Source: Calditrichaceae bacterium (GTDB lineage: Bacteria > Calditrichota > Calditrichia > Calditrichales > JBFXGD01). Taken from it: 20,195 nucleotides of DNA. Shown here in pieces: positions 1 to 8,007 of this stretch. The notes below the pieces were generated by a model. The model did no database searches. It was given only the letters and a program-made list of their open reading frames with translations, and was not told the DNA's origin. The position numbers and the translations under genes are program-made. The stretch is taken from positions 1-20,195 of the forward strand of contig JBFXGD010000058.1 in NCBI GenBank assembly GCA_050178385.1, read 5' to 3'. Numbering within the stretch: the first letter of the stretch is position 1; each line of letters opens with the position of its first letter.

Positions 1-1
1 G

Positions 2-52
2 AAAATGAACAGGATTATGGATGAAATCGAGATTATCCTCGATAAACAATAA
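2..52 (+). CDS. 3' end of an upstream gene (partial, product unknown)
   Basis: Frame open from the window edge, reading KMNRIMDEIEIILDKQ* (TAA at 50-52), followed by an AT-rich spacer and a terminator-like hairpin. Confidence 0.6.
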   Translation, partial: KMNRIMDEIEIILDKQ

Positions 53-68
53 TATTTTTATTATATTC

Positions 69-112
69 AAAACCCCTCCCGTTTCCGGATGAGAGGGGTT
101 TTCCATTTCTTT
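69..112 (+). terminator. Rho-independent terminator
   Basis: AAAACCCCTC (69-78) pairs with GAGGGGTTTT (93-102), with extra pairing inside the loop, followed by T-rich CCATTTCTTT; begins 16 nt after the upstream stop. Confidence 0.75.
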
Positions 113-145
113 CAATAGATACCCAGTTAAACTGCAGATCCCTTT

Positions 146-1060
146 ATGATGAGCCAAAATCCGCTGAGTCAGGAATCATATTTTATCAGAGTTACCCAAA
201 CCGATACGCTCCATTTAAAACGAATATATCAGAATCCTGCCGGCATACCGGTATTTATGCTCCACGGCGCCATCGAAAACGGACGAATATTTTATAGTGA
301 TTCCGGCAAGGGCCTGGCTTCCTTTCTGGCAAAAGCAGGATATGACGTTTATATCGCCGATCTTCGCGGCCACGGTTTCAGCAGACCGGCGGTAAGCCAA
401 AAATCGGCTTATGGTCAAACCGAAAACATCACTGAAGATATCCCGGCCTTTATCAACCAGATTGTACGGATTCGCGGAGAAATACCCCAGCACTGGATAG
501 CTCACTCATGGGGAGGGGTATTACTCTCATCTTATCTGGCAAGATTTAACCGTCATCGCCGTTTGGTCCGCTCGCTGGTATATTTTGGGGTAAAACGAAA
601 TGTGCGGGTATGGAATTTACACCGACTTTTTAAAATTGATTTAATCTGGAAGGGCTTTTGCGGATTACTCGTAAAATTCTACGGCTATCTTCCGGCTAAA
701 AAGTACGGAATAGGGTCAGATGACGAATCGGCTAAATCACACCGTCAAAGCAAATTATGGGTAAAACGTTCGCCATGGCGGGATACGGATGACAATTTTG
801 ATTACAGCCGGGCGATTGCAAATTTTTCCTTACCGCCGGCTTTATATCTTGCCGCGCTCAATGATCGGTGTCTGGGGCATCCCGATGATGTCCGGGATTT
901 TATGAATGAATCGGGCAAACACATCTCAAAACAACTCATACTTTCAAAAGCCGATGGAAACCGGCATGATTATGACCATATCAGCATGTTAACCCACAAA
1001 GACGCTGTTGATGATCATTTCCTCACTGTACTGGAATGGTTAAGGCAAAATGAAAGATAA
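146..1060 (+). CDS. Alpha/beta-fold hydrolase (esterase/lipase-like)
   Basis: 304 aa with FMLHG oxyanion segment, DLRGHG, nucleophile elbow AHSWGG, candidate acid Asp (NDRCLGH) and C-terminal His (YDHISML). Start could be either tandem ATG (146 or 149). Confidence 0.88.
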   Translation: MMSQNPLSQESYFIRVTQTDTLHLKRIYQNPAGIPVFMLHGAIENGRIFYSDSGKGLASFLAKAGYDVYIADLRGHGFSRPAVSQKSAYGQTENITEDIPAFINQIVRIRGEIPQHWIAHSWGGVLLSSYLARFNRHRRLVRSLVYFGVKRNVRVWNLHRLFKIDLIWKGFCGLLVKFYGYLPAKKYGIGSDDESAKSHRQSKLWVKRSPWRDTDDNFDYSRAIANFSLPPALYLAALNDRCLGHPDDVRDFMNESGKHISKQLILSKADGNRHDYDHISMLTHKDAVDDHFLTVLEWLRQNER

Positions 1061-1380
1061 TCTGCGGCGGATTTAAACAAAGTAACATTAAATATCCCCA
1101 CAGCTATCCGCGAACATTAACCATACAATAAAATTAGTCCGCTTTTTTGTTTGATTTGTGAGATAAAACATCAATCCCCCACTGAATGTTTGGATATTTT
1201 TATTATGGCAGCGCTCTTATGAATTCGCTAAATGATTTTACCGACAAGTTTTGATATGGTCCATCTCTCTGTTCCGAATATTTTAATAACAGACGGCGTT
1301 ATCCTTTAAAGCTCCACGTTTTTAATAAATTGAATTCAATGGCTGAAAAAAATCATTATTATAGAAGGGGGAAATCATTT

Positions 1381-2745
1381 ATGGAAAAAATCAAAATATT
1401 ACTCAAAGAAGATGAAATACCACGGGAATGGTACAACATCTGCGCGGATCTTCCGACGCCGCCTAAACCGCCTTTGCATCCCGGCACCAGGCAGCCGATC
1501 GGCCCGCAGGATTTAGCGCCTCTTTTCCCCATGTCACTGATCGAACAGGAAGTTTCAACTCAACAGTTTATTCCGATACCGGAAGAAATTTTAAATATTT
1601 ATCTTCAATGGAGGCCGTCACCTCTCATACGAGCAAAAAGCCTGGAAAAAAAACTTAAAACACCTGCCCGCATTTATTACAAATACGAGGGCGTCAGTCC
1701 GGCCGGGAGTCACAAACCTAATACGGCCATAGCTCAGGCATATTACAATAAACAAGCGGGCATCAAACGACTGTCCACCGAAACCGGAGCCGGCCAATGG
1801 GGCAGCGCGCTCGCGCTCGCCTGCAGTTATTTCGGGCTGGAATGCAAAGTGTTCATGGTAAGGGTAAGTTACGAGCAGAAACCGTTCAGAAGATCTATGA
1901 TGCATGTCTGGGGAGCAACGGTAATTCCCAGCCCAAGCAATGAAACCAATTCCGGCAGACAGATTCTTGAGAAGAATCCCGATTCACCGGGGAGCCTTGG
2001 AATCGCCATCAGCGAAGCGGTGGAAGAAGCCGCAACCCGTCAGGATACAAACTATGCGCTAGGAAGCGTTTTGAATCATGTCTTGATGCATCAAACCATC
2101 ATCGGTGAAGAAGCATTGAAGCAAATGGCTATGGTCAATGATTATCCTGATGTCATTATCGGCTGTGTGGGAGGGGGTAGCAATTTTGCCGGTTTATCGT
2201 TTCCATTTGTCCGCGATAAAATAAACGGTAAAAATATTGATATCCTTGCTATTGAGCCCTCTTCCTGCCCGACGCTGACCCGCGGACCTTATGCTTATGA
2301 TTTCGGAGACACCGCTCAACTAACACCTCTGGTAGCTATGCATACACTGGGACACGATTTCGTTCCCCCTGCCATTCATGCCGGAGGTTTGCGCTATCAT
2401 GGAATGGCGCCATTGGTGAGTCAGCTCCATCATGAAGGTATTATAAGCGCCCGCGCCTATCAGCAGCTGGAAGTTTTTGACGCGGCCATTACATTTTCTC
2501 GCGCGGAAGGAATTATCCCCGCTCCTGAATCAGCACATGCGGTGAAAGCGGCAATTGACGAAGCGGTTAAAGCGCGTGAAGAGGGAAAAGAGAAAACGAT
2601 TCTGTTTAATCTCAGCGGACACGGACACTTTGACATGGCATCGTACGACCGGTATTTCGACAAACAACTGATCGATCATGTCCTCCCTGAAGAGGAGATT
2701 GAACGGGCACTTAATGCCATTAAAGATCTTCCGAAGGTACCATAA
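1381..2745 (+). CDS. trpB2: Tryptophan synthase beta chain, TrpB2 type (TrpB-like PLP-dependent enzyme), stand-alone
   Basis: IPREWYNI N-terminus, [22 protein letters not shown] (PLP lysine), [55 protein letters not shown]. Start moved from the track's TTG at 1330 to ATG 1381, which follows AGAAGGGGG; 454 aa. Confidence 0.93.
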   Translation: MEKIKILLKEDEIPREWYNICADLPTPPKPPLHPGTRQPIGPQDLAPLFPMSLIEQEVSTQQFIPIPEEILNIYLQWRPSPLIRAKSLEKKLKTPARIYYKYEGVSPAGSHKPNTAIAQAYYNKQAGIKRLSTETGAGQWGSALALACSYFGLECKVFMVRVSYEQKPFRRSMMHVWGATVIPSPSNETNSGRQILEKNPDSPGSLGIAISEAVEEAATRQDTNYALGSVLNHVLMHQTIIGEEALKQMAMVNDYPDVIIGCVGGGSNFAGLSFPFVRDKINGKNIDILAIEPSSCPTLTRGPYAYDFGDTAQLTPLVAMHTLGHDFVPPAIHAGGLRYHGMAPLVSQLHHEGIISARAYQQLEVFDAAITFSRAEGIIPAPESAHAVKAAIDEAVKAREEGKEKTILFNLSGHGHFDMASYDRYFDKQLIDHVLPEEEIERALNAIKDLPKVP

Positions 2746-2747
2746 AT

Positions 2748-2785
2748 AAAAAAGCCCGGCCGAATAATCGCGCCGGGCTTTTTTT
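2748..2785. terminator. Bidirectional Rho-independent terminator between convergent trpB2 and SDR
   Basis: AAAAAAGCCCGGC-cgaataatcgc-GCCGGGCTTTTTTT: GC-rich stem flanked by A6 and T7, between stops at 2745 (+) and 2794 (-). Confidence 0.92.
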
Positions 2786-2793
2786 ATCCTAAC

Positions 2794-3504
2794 TCAGAAT
2801 GTTCCCGCCATATTTTCCATATCAATTTCATTGATATTAATTGCAGCAGGCTGTTTGATGCAATATACAACGGCATTCGCCACATCCACCGATTTCATCA
2901 TCTTTGACCTGTCCCAGTCATAGGGAAGCTCATCATGGAGTTTTGTATCGACCGCGGATGGAAAAATGGTAGTTACACGGATGCCTTTTGATTTTACTTC
3001 CTGACGCAGAGTGTCCGCAAAAGCCCGAAGACCGAATTTTGACGCGCTGTACGCGGCCCATTCAGGGAAAGCGCTTTTCCCGGCGACCGAATTTATAAAG
3101 ATGAACTGACCGCCCGCTTTCATTTTTGGTATCAGCTTTTGTGTCAGCATAAATGGCGCGGTCAGATTCATATCCAGCACACGCCTCCAATCGGCAAGGG
3201 ACAAATCCTCAATTCTACCAACCCGCGCAACACCGGCATTATGAACGACCGTTGTCAAATCGCCTTCGAACTGATCCACAAATCGTACTACTTTTTCAAC
3301 ATCAGAGGCCATACTTAAATCAACAGGCAGAACAAACGGATATCCGCCTTCGGCCTGGATATAGTCTGAAACATCGCTCAGCCCCTGCTCGGATCTTGCC
3401 AACATTAATACACCCATACCATGCTCGGCAAGAACTCTTGAGATGGTTGCCCCAATACCCCGGCTGGCGCCGGTTACAATCGCTAATTTAGAAACCGGTA
3501 ACAC
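2794..3504 (-). CDS. Classical SDR oxidoreductase, probably NADPH-dependent; sepiapterin-reductase-like by context
   Basis: [12 protein letters not shown] (basic residue typical of NADP(H) use), HNAG, NSVAG serine, YSASK. GTG at 3504 lies 5 nt after AGGAG and is preferred over GTG 3510, which overlaps that SD. Overlaps the folE 3' end. SDR call is firm; sepiapterin reductase role is inferred. Confidence 0.88.
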   Translation of the reverse strand: MLPVSKLAIVTGASRGIGATISRVLAEHGMGVLMLARSEQGLSDVSDYIQAEGGYPFVLPVDLSMASDVEKVVRFVDQFEGDLTTVVHNAGVARVGRIEDLSLADWRRVLDMNLTAPFMLTQKLIPKMKAGGQFIFINSVAGKSAFPEWAAYSASKFGLRAFADTLRQEVKSKGIRVTTIFPSAVDTKLHDELPYDWDRSKMMKSVDVANAVVYCIKQPAAININEIDMENMAGTF

Positions 3505-4057
3505 GTTCACTCCTGATTAAATGAAGGAATTCTGACCTGGTCTTTTCATCCTCTTTAAAATCACCAATCATCGCCGACGTAATCATTTTAGCTTGATCTT
3601 TCTGCACACCACGCATCATCATGCACATATGCTGCCCCTCGACGACAACCCCAACTCCCTGCGGATTAAGATAATAATTGATCGTGTCCGCGATCTGCTG
3701 GGTCATATTTTCCTGCACCTGCAACCGCCTCGCGAACATCTCAACCAGCCGGGGAATTTTGCTTAATCCCACCACTTTTCCATTCGGAATGTAACCAACG
3801 TGTGCCACACCAAAAAAAGGCAGAAGATGATGCTCACACAAACTATAATATTCAATATTCGCCACAACAACCATCTCATCGTATTTTACATCATAGATCG
3901 CTCCGTTAATCAGCTTTTCGGGATCCATTTTGTACCCTTTAGTCACCTCGCGGTACATTTTTGCCACACGAAACGGCGTCCTCTGCAAACCTTGACGGGA
4001 CGGATCCTCACCGATATCCATCAGAATATTTTTTACCGCCCCTTCCATACCTTCCAT
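3488..4057 (-). CDS. folE: GTP cyclohydrolase I (type IA)
   Basis: [62 protein letters not shown] upstream; TAATG overlap with the preceding gene. Confidence 0.96.
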   Translation of the reverse strand: MEGMEGAVKNILMDIGEDPSRQGLQRTPFRVAKMYREVTKGYKMDPEKLINGAIYDVKYDEMVVVANIEYYSLCEHHLLPFFGVAHVGYIPNGKVVGLSKIPRLVEMFARRLQVQENMTQQIADTINYYLNPQGVGVVVEGQHMCMMMRGVQKDQAKMITSAMIGDFKEDEKTRSEFLHLIRSERVTGF

Positions 4058-4476
4058 TATATATTCTCCTTTCCAATCTCGAAATAATTGTTATTGGTTT
4101 CCCATAGCTTTATATGATAAAGCTTTCCGGCCGGAAGTCTTCTGTCCAGTTCATGCCATAAATACTGAATAATAATTTCCCCGGTGGATATATGGGTATT
4201 AAAATACCGGACCTCTTTATCAAGATGCCGGTGATCCATTTCTTTTAACAGTGAATTTACAGCTTCATCCAATAATGGTAAAGGAATAATCATACCCGTA
4301 TTGGGATTCGGTTTACCCGTCACGGTTACTTCCAGGGTATAATCATGCCCATGTCCGTTAAAGTTATTACATTTATCATAAACATCAATATTTTCAGATT
4401 CTGATAAATCGGATGAATGCAGACGATGCGCGGCGCTAAATATATATGAACGGCTCAGGCTTACTTCCGGAGTCAT
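4057..4476 (-). CDS. 6-pyruvoyl-tetrahydropterin synthase, CX5HGH (PTPS-II, BH4-type), copy B
   Basis: [32 protein letters not shown] (QueD/PTPS fold); 139 aa; TAATG overlaps at both ends. Confidence 0.9.
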   Translation of the reverse strand: MTPEVSLSRSYIFSAAHRLHSSDLSESENIDVYDKCNNFNGHGHDYTLEVTVTGKPNPNTGMIIPLPLLDEAVNSLLKEMDHRHLDKEVRYFNTHISTGEIIIQYLWHELDRRLPAGKLYHIKLWETNNNYFEIGKENI

Positions 4477-4901
4477 TATATACCCCTCCGGACATCCGCG
4501 TAAAGATCGTGTCGTTCATATAACCGGATCCGTTCCAGCCTGATATCATTACTTCCCGATATTTTTTCATCAATTAACCGAAAAAGCACAAGGGCTATAT
4601 TTTCGGTCGTTGGGATTATATCCTTAAAATAAGGAGTATCCAAATTTAAAAACTTATGATCAAACTGTTCAATGATTGTTTTTACTGTTTTTTTCAAATC
4701 CGTTAAATTGATGAGCATTCCGGTTCTTTCATCAATTTTTCCGCTGATCGTCACATGAAGTTCATAATTGTGGCCATGGCCGTATGGGCTTGTACAAAGA
4801 CCAAACTGACGGGTATTTTCTTCTTTCGACCAGTCTTCTCTCCAATATCGATGGCTGGCGGAAAATTCAAATTTTTTGCTTATCGTTAATTTATGTTCCA
4901 T
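4476..4901 (-). CDS. 6-pyruvoyl-tetrahydropterin synthase, CX5HGH (PTPS-II, BH4-type), copy A
   Basis: FSASHRYW, CTSPYGHGHNY, FDHKFLN, PTTENIA. Start moved to ATG 4901 (MEHKLTISKKF, 141 aa) because the track's start at 4982 overlaps the GT gene and adds 27 residues with no PTPS resemblance. Confidence 0.9.
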   Translation of the reverse strand: MEHKLTISKKFEFSASHRYWREDWSKEENTRQFGLCTSPYGHGHNYELHVTISGKIDERTGMLINLTDLKKTVKTIIEQFDHKFLNLDTPYFKDIIPTTENIALVLFRLIDEKISGSNDIRLERIRLYERHDLYADVRRGI

Positions 4902-4939
4902 TAGAATTTTAGGTTCCTTTCCCTCTGTCCGGACTCTTT

Positions 4940-6004
4940 TTAGGCGCAAAGTTCCGCAATTTTCGCGGATGTTGTTTCCCATTTATAAAACTGCGCCTTT
5001 TTGATGCCGCCCGATCCTAATTGTTCACGTTTTGTTACATTTTTGCAAAGATCAATCAAACGATAGGCTAATGTATTAATATTTCCTTTTTCACAAAGAA
5101 TCCCTTCATCGGATGTAATTAATTCCGGAACAGCCGTTGATGAATACGCGACAACCGGTAATCCGGCGGCCATTGCTTCAAGAAAAACAAGACCGAATGT
5201 TTCATGATAACTCGGCAGGCAGAATATATCAGCTTTTTTATAAAAAGAAGCCATTACCGCCCTGTTCAGCACGTCACCGTAAAATTTAACCGCATCGCTG
5301 AGCCCGAGTTCCTGAACATATTGTTTGTTTCGTTCCTCATCCGGCCCGCCGCCGACAATCGCCAGTGAAGCATCAGGCACCGTTCTCAGCACCATGGAGA
5401 ACGCCAGTAGAAGATCGTTGATTCCCTTGCGCCGGTATTGGCGCGCCACGCATAAAATATTGATGCCTTTCTTCGCCACCACTTTGAAATTACTGAGATA
5501 GTGATCCCATTCATTAAAATTAATACCGAGCGGGACCTGATATATTTTTTCTTTGGGGATGCCGTACAACCGGGTTACCGCCTCAGCGCAATACTTCGAT
5601 GGTGTTAAGATTTTTTGAGCCTGCATCATATTTTGTTTTTCGCGGCAGGACAGATGCCTGATGATCTTTTTTTGCCGGCCTTCCTCAAATTCCACCAGCT
5701 CGGTCATCAAACCGGCGCTGATCACGACAAATCGGTTCAGCGCATCACCCGATAATGCAAAACCGTCAAAATCACTGGCGATTATCAGATCATAATCCGA
5801 AAATTTTTTATCCCTAAGCCGCCGGTTATATTCAAGCCTGCGATTTGCCAGTTTCAGCGGATCTGATTCATCATAATCAGGGTGAACGATTATACTTTGA
5901 TGTCCGTTGGATTTGAATCCCTCATTTAAACCCCGAAACATCCGTACCACACCACTGCCGATTCTTTCATCCATAGGCCAGGAGGTAATTAAGGCGATTC
6001 GCAA
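4940..6004 (-). CDS. GT4 family (GT-B, retaining) glycosyltransferase; candidate pterin glycosyltransferase
   Basis: MRIALIT start, VARQYRRKGI, IVGGGP, DIFCLPSYHETFGLVFLEAMAAGLPVV (EX7E motif); TTG start with GGGAGA upstream. Acceptor inferred from context only. Confidence 0.9.
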   Translation of the reverse strand: MRIALITSWPMDERIGSGVVRMFRGLNEGFKSNGHQSIIVHPDYDESDPLKLANRRLEYNRRLRDKKFSDYDLIIASDFDGFALSGDALNRFVVISAGLMTELVEFEEGRQKKIIRHLSCREKQNMMQAQKILTPSKYCAEAVTRLYGIPKEKIYQVPLGINFNEWDHYLSNFKVVAKKGINILCVARQYRRKGINDLLLAFSMVLRTVPDASLAIVGGGPDEERNKQYVQELGLSDAVKFYGDVLNRAVMASFYKKADIFCLPSYHETFGLVFLEAMAAGLPVVAYSSTAVPELITSDEGILCEKGNINTLAYRLIDLCKNVTKREQLGSGGIKKAQFYKWETTSAKIAELCA

Positions 6005-6019
6005 ACCATTTCTCCCATA

Positions 6020-7795
6020 TTAATCAAAAAATTGATCCGGTAATTTTTTTAATGTGGTTTCTGTGCCTTCCCAATCAAGTGACGGAGCCTGCAGACCTTT
6101 GGCGAAAGCTATTTTTAATGCCAATGATTTTAAATGGTTCATCGTCGTGATGGGTTCGTTTTCAATGAGACTCATACTCAATTCTCCAAAAACAAGATCG
6201 GGGCTATTGTGTATTTTTTCGATTATCCCGTCCTTGAATGTGCAGATAGAAATCAGTTTTGCGTTTGAATTTAGCTTGGATATGATGCGTTCTCTGGTCA
6301 TAAATGATAGCGCTTCTTCAATTAACTCGTTTGAGGCTTCAACACATAATTCTGTTATCGGGGATTTACTTTCCCTGCCGATCAGATCCACCCCGACATC
6401 AAGATAATAGAGCCGTTCCAGAAACTCATTGAGCAGTGAGCCTCTTATAATATTACCGTGCTGCGGAGCGATCATGAGAGGCGCCGGATTGAGCATCTTA
6501 ATTTCATCCAAAACATGGGATATCGCTCTGCGGCCAGGCATGTTAAACTGGTGGAATGCTCTGATTCCTTCCCAGTCTTCTTCAATGGCATACAATGTAT
6601 TTATTCTATCCGCGTCACTGATTCCTCCAAACAAATCTCCCGTAAAAAGAACCCGGGAGTTCAAATCGTAAATAAGAAATGCCCCTTTCCCGTGTGTAAA
6701 AGGAGCCGGTATAAACTGTATATCGTGTCCGGTCGTCAAGGACATTTTCCAGTCTTTAAATGTATTGGTCAGCTTAACGCTTTGCGGATTAATTTCATAA
6801 TGAGAGATTAAGCGCCAGTTATCCTCCGTTGTCAGACAAATAGCCTTTCTGTTTGCTTTTCTTATAAACATGCTGTTCATACATACATCGGGATCAGGAT
6901 TATTCAGACTATATAAATGTATGTGCGAAATACTCCCAACTAATTTTGAAATTTTTTCGGAGATAACCGGGAAATCGACCGGCGCTCCCGGATCGATCAG
7001 ATAATTGATTTTTTTGTCACCGCTCGGAAATTGCCGCAGATATACATTCATCTGTAGAAGAGTATCAGGGTTCCGGTACCCTATCCACCAGGTGTTTCTG
7101 GCAATCTGAACAGGTTCGGTCAGATCGTGTTCATCCGGTTTGTACAATTTAAAACCTGACTTTAGCTTCATCCCGCCGGTTCTGATGACAAAAATTCCTG
7201 TTCCCCATCCTCTAAGTATGTCCAGCGCTTCATCATCCGCCAGGTCCTTGTATTGAATATTTGTTATATCCCCCCGTTCAAGTTTTATAATTCCGGTTTC
7301 CCCGCTTTTTTGGAGCATAAGTTCTCCGCTGATACTTTCCCGGTGGCACAATTCAAGAATATCTTCAAAAGCGTACTCCGACAAATTTCCTTTGATTTCG
7401 TTGGCCTGCTGCCTGGAATTTTCAACTCTCCTGAAAATGGCTTCTATTTTAGCCAGAACTTCATCAACCTTAAAAGGTTTGTTGATAAAATCATCACCAC
7501 CCGCTTTCATCCCCTCCACTAATAATTCCTTTTTTGCGGTCAGGAAGACAAAAGGCAGGGTCCTGGTGATTTCATTCCCCCGAATCTTCCTGCACAGCTC
7601 GATTCCATCCATTTCCGGCATACTGATATCGGATATAACCATATCAGGGACAAAATTTTCCATTTTCTTTAAGGCGACTTTCCCGTCCTCAGCCAAAATA
7701 ACTTCATATTCACCTGTCAAATCAAGAATACGTGACATCGCCAAACGAATGGCCTCATCATCCTCTACAACCAAAACAGATTTTATGGACTGCAT
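6020..7795 (-). CDS. Response regulator: receiver + DUF4388/PATAN-like + ODP/flavodiiron-like MBL-fold domain + helical C-terminus
   Basis: REC at about aa 1-122 (VVEDD, ISDISMPEMDG, LTAK, KPF). About aa 133-205 GNL..F.DIL.L...SISGEL..G.I...G.I..AL..L..W..G.F (DUF4388 pattern). About aa 228-471 TWWIG, NVYL, LIDPG, NNPDPDVC, PFTHGKG, LFTGDLFGG, IAPQHG. Confidence 0.85.
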   Translation of the reverse strand: MQSIKSVLVVEDDEAIRLAMSRILDLTGEYEVILAEDGKVALKKMENFVPDMVISDISMPEMDGIELCRKIRGNEITRTLPFVFLTAKKELLVEGMKAGGDDFINKPFKVDEVLAKIEAIFRRVENSRQQANEIKGNLSEYAFEDILELCHRESISGELMLQKSGETGIIKLERGDITNIQYKDLADDEALDILRGWGTGIFVIRTGGMKLKSGFKLYKPDEHDLTEPVQIARNTWWIGYRNPDTLLQMNVYLRQFPSGDKKINYLIDPGAPVDFPVISEKISKLVGSISHIHLYSLNNPDPDVCMNSMFIRKANRKAICLTTEDNWRLISHYEINPQSVKLTNTFKDWKMSLTTGHDIQFIPAPFTHGKGAFLIYDLNSRVLFTGDLFGGISDADRINTLYAIEEDWEGIRAFHQFNMPGRRAISHVLDEIKMLNPAPLMIAPQHGNIIRGSLLNEFLERLYYLDVGVDLIGRESKSPITELCVEASNELIEEALSFMTRERIISKLNSNAKLISICTFKDGIIEKIHNSPDLVFGELSMSLIENEPITTMNHLKSLALKIAFAKGLQAPSLDWEGTETTLKKLPDQFFD

Positions 7796-8007
7796 AGATG
7801 GAATCTCCGTGTTATGAGAATTACTTTATGAACAGGTGAAACACATATAAAGTATAACTAATATTAATTATTAATTGAACAAGATAAAAATTTTCTTTAT
7901 TCTATGACCAATCAAAATCCTGTATTTTTGTATTGATACTATATAACAGTCTTTACTATTCAAAATTATCCGGTAAATAGTTTTAATTTTAGATAAATGG
8001 AGATGAC

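Noticed and set aside
1061..1380. Possible trp attenuator or leader peptide, or an sRNA, upstream of trpB2
   Set aside because: The short ORF noticed (MAALL*, from 1206) has no Trp codon, and I saw no terminator/antiterminator pair or T-box motif.
3488..4901. Reading folE + two queD-like genes as queuosine or 7-deazaguanine DNA-modification genes
   Set aside because: Both have CX5HGH rather than the QueD CX3HGH motif, and queC, queE, queF, tgt and dpd genes are absent from the window.
1381..6004. Functional link between TrpB2 and BH4 synthesis (BH4-dependent tryptophan hydroxylation)
   Set aside because: The genes are convergent and separated by a bidirectional terminator, and no aromatic amino acid hydroxylase, NOS or pterin carbinolamine dehydratase is in the window.
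6002..6022. The GT ORF is in frame with the upstream response regulator across one TAA (possible read-through fusion)
   Set aside because: A one-in-three coincidence; TAA is an efficient stop and the GT has its own SD (GGGAGA) and TTG start.
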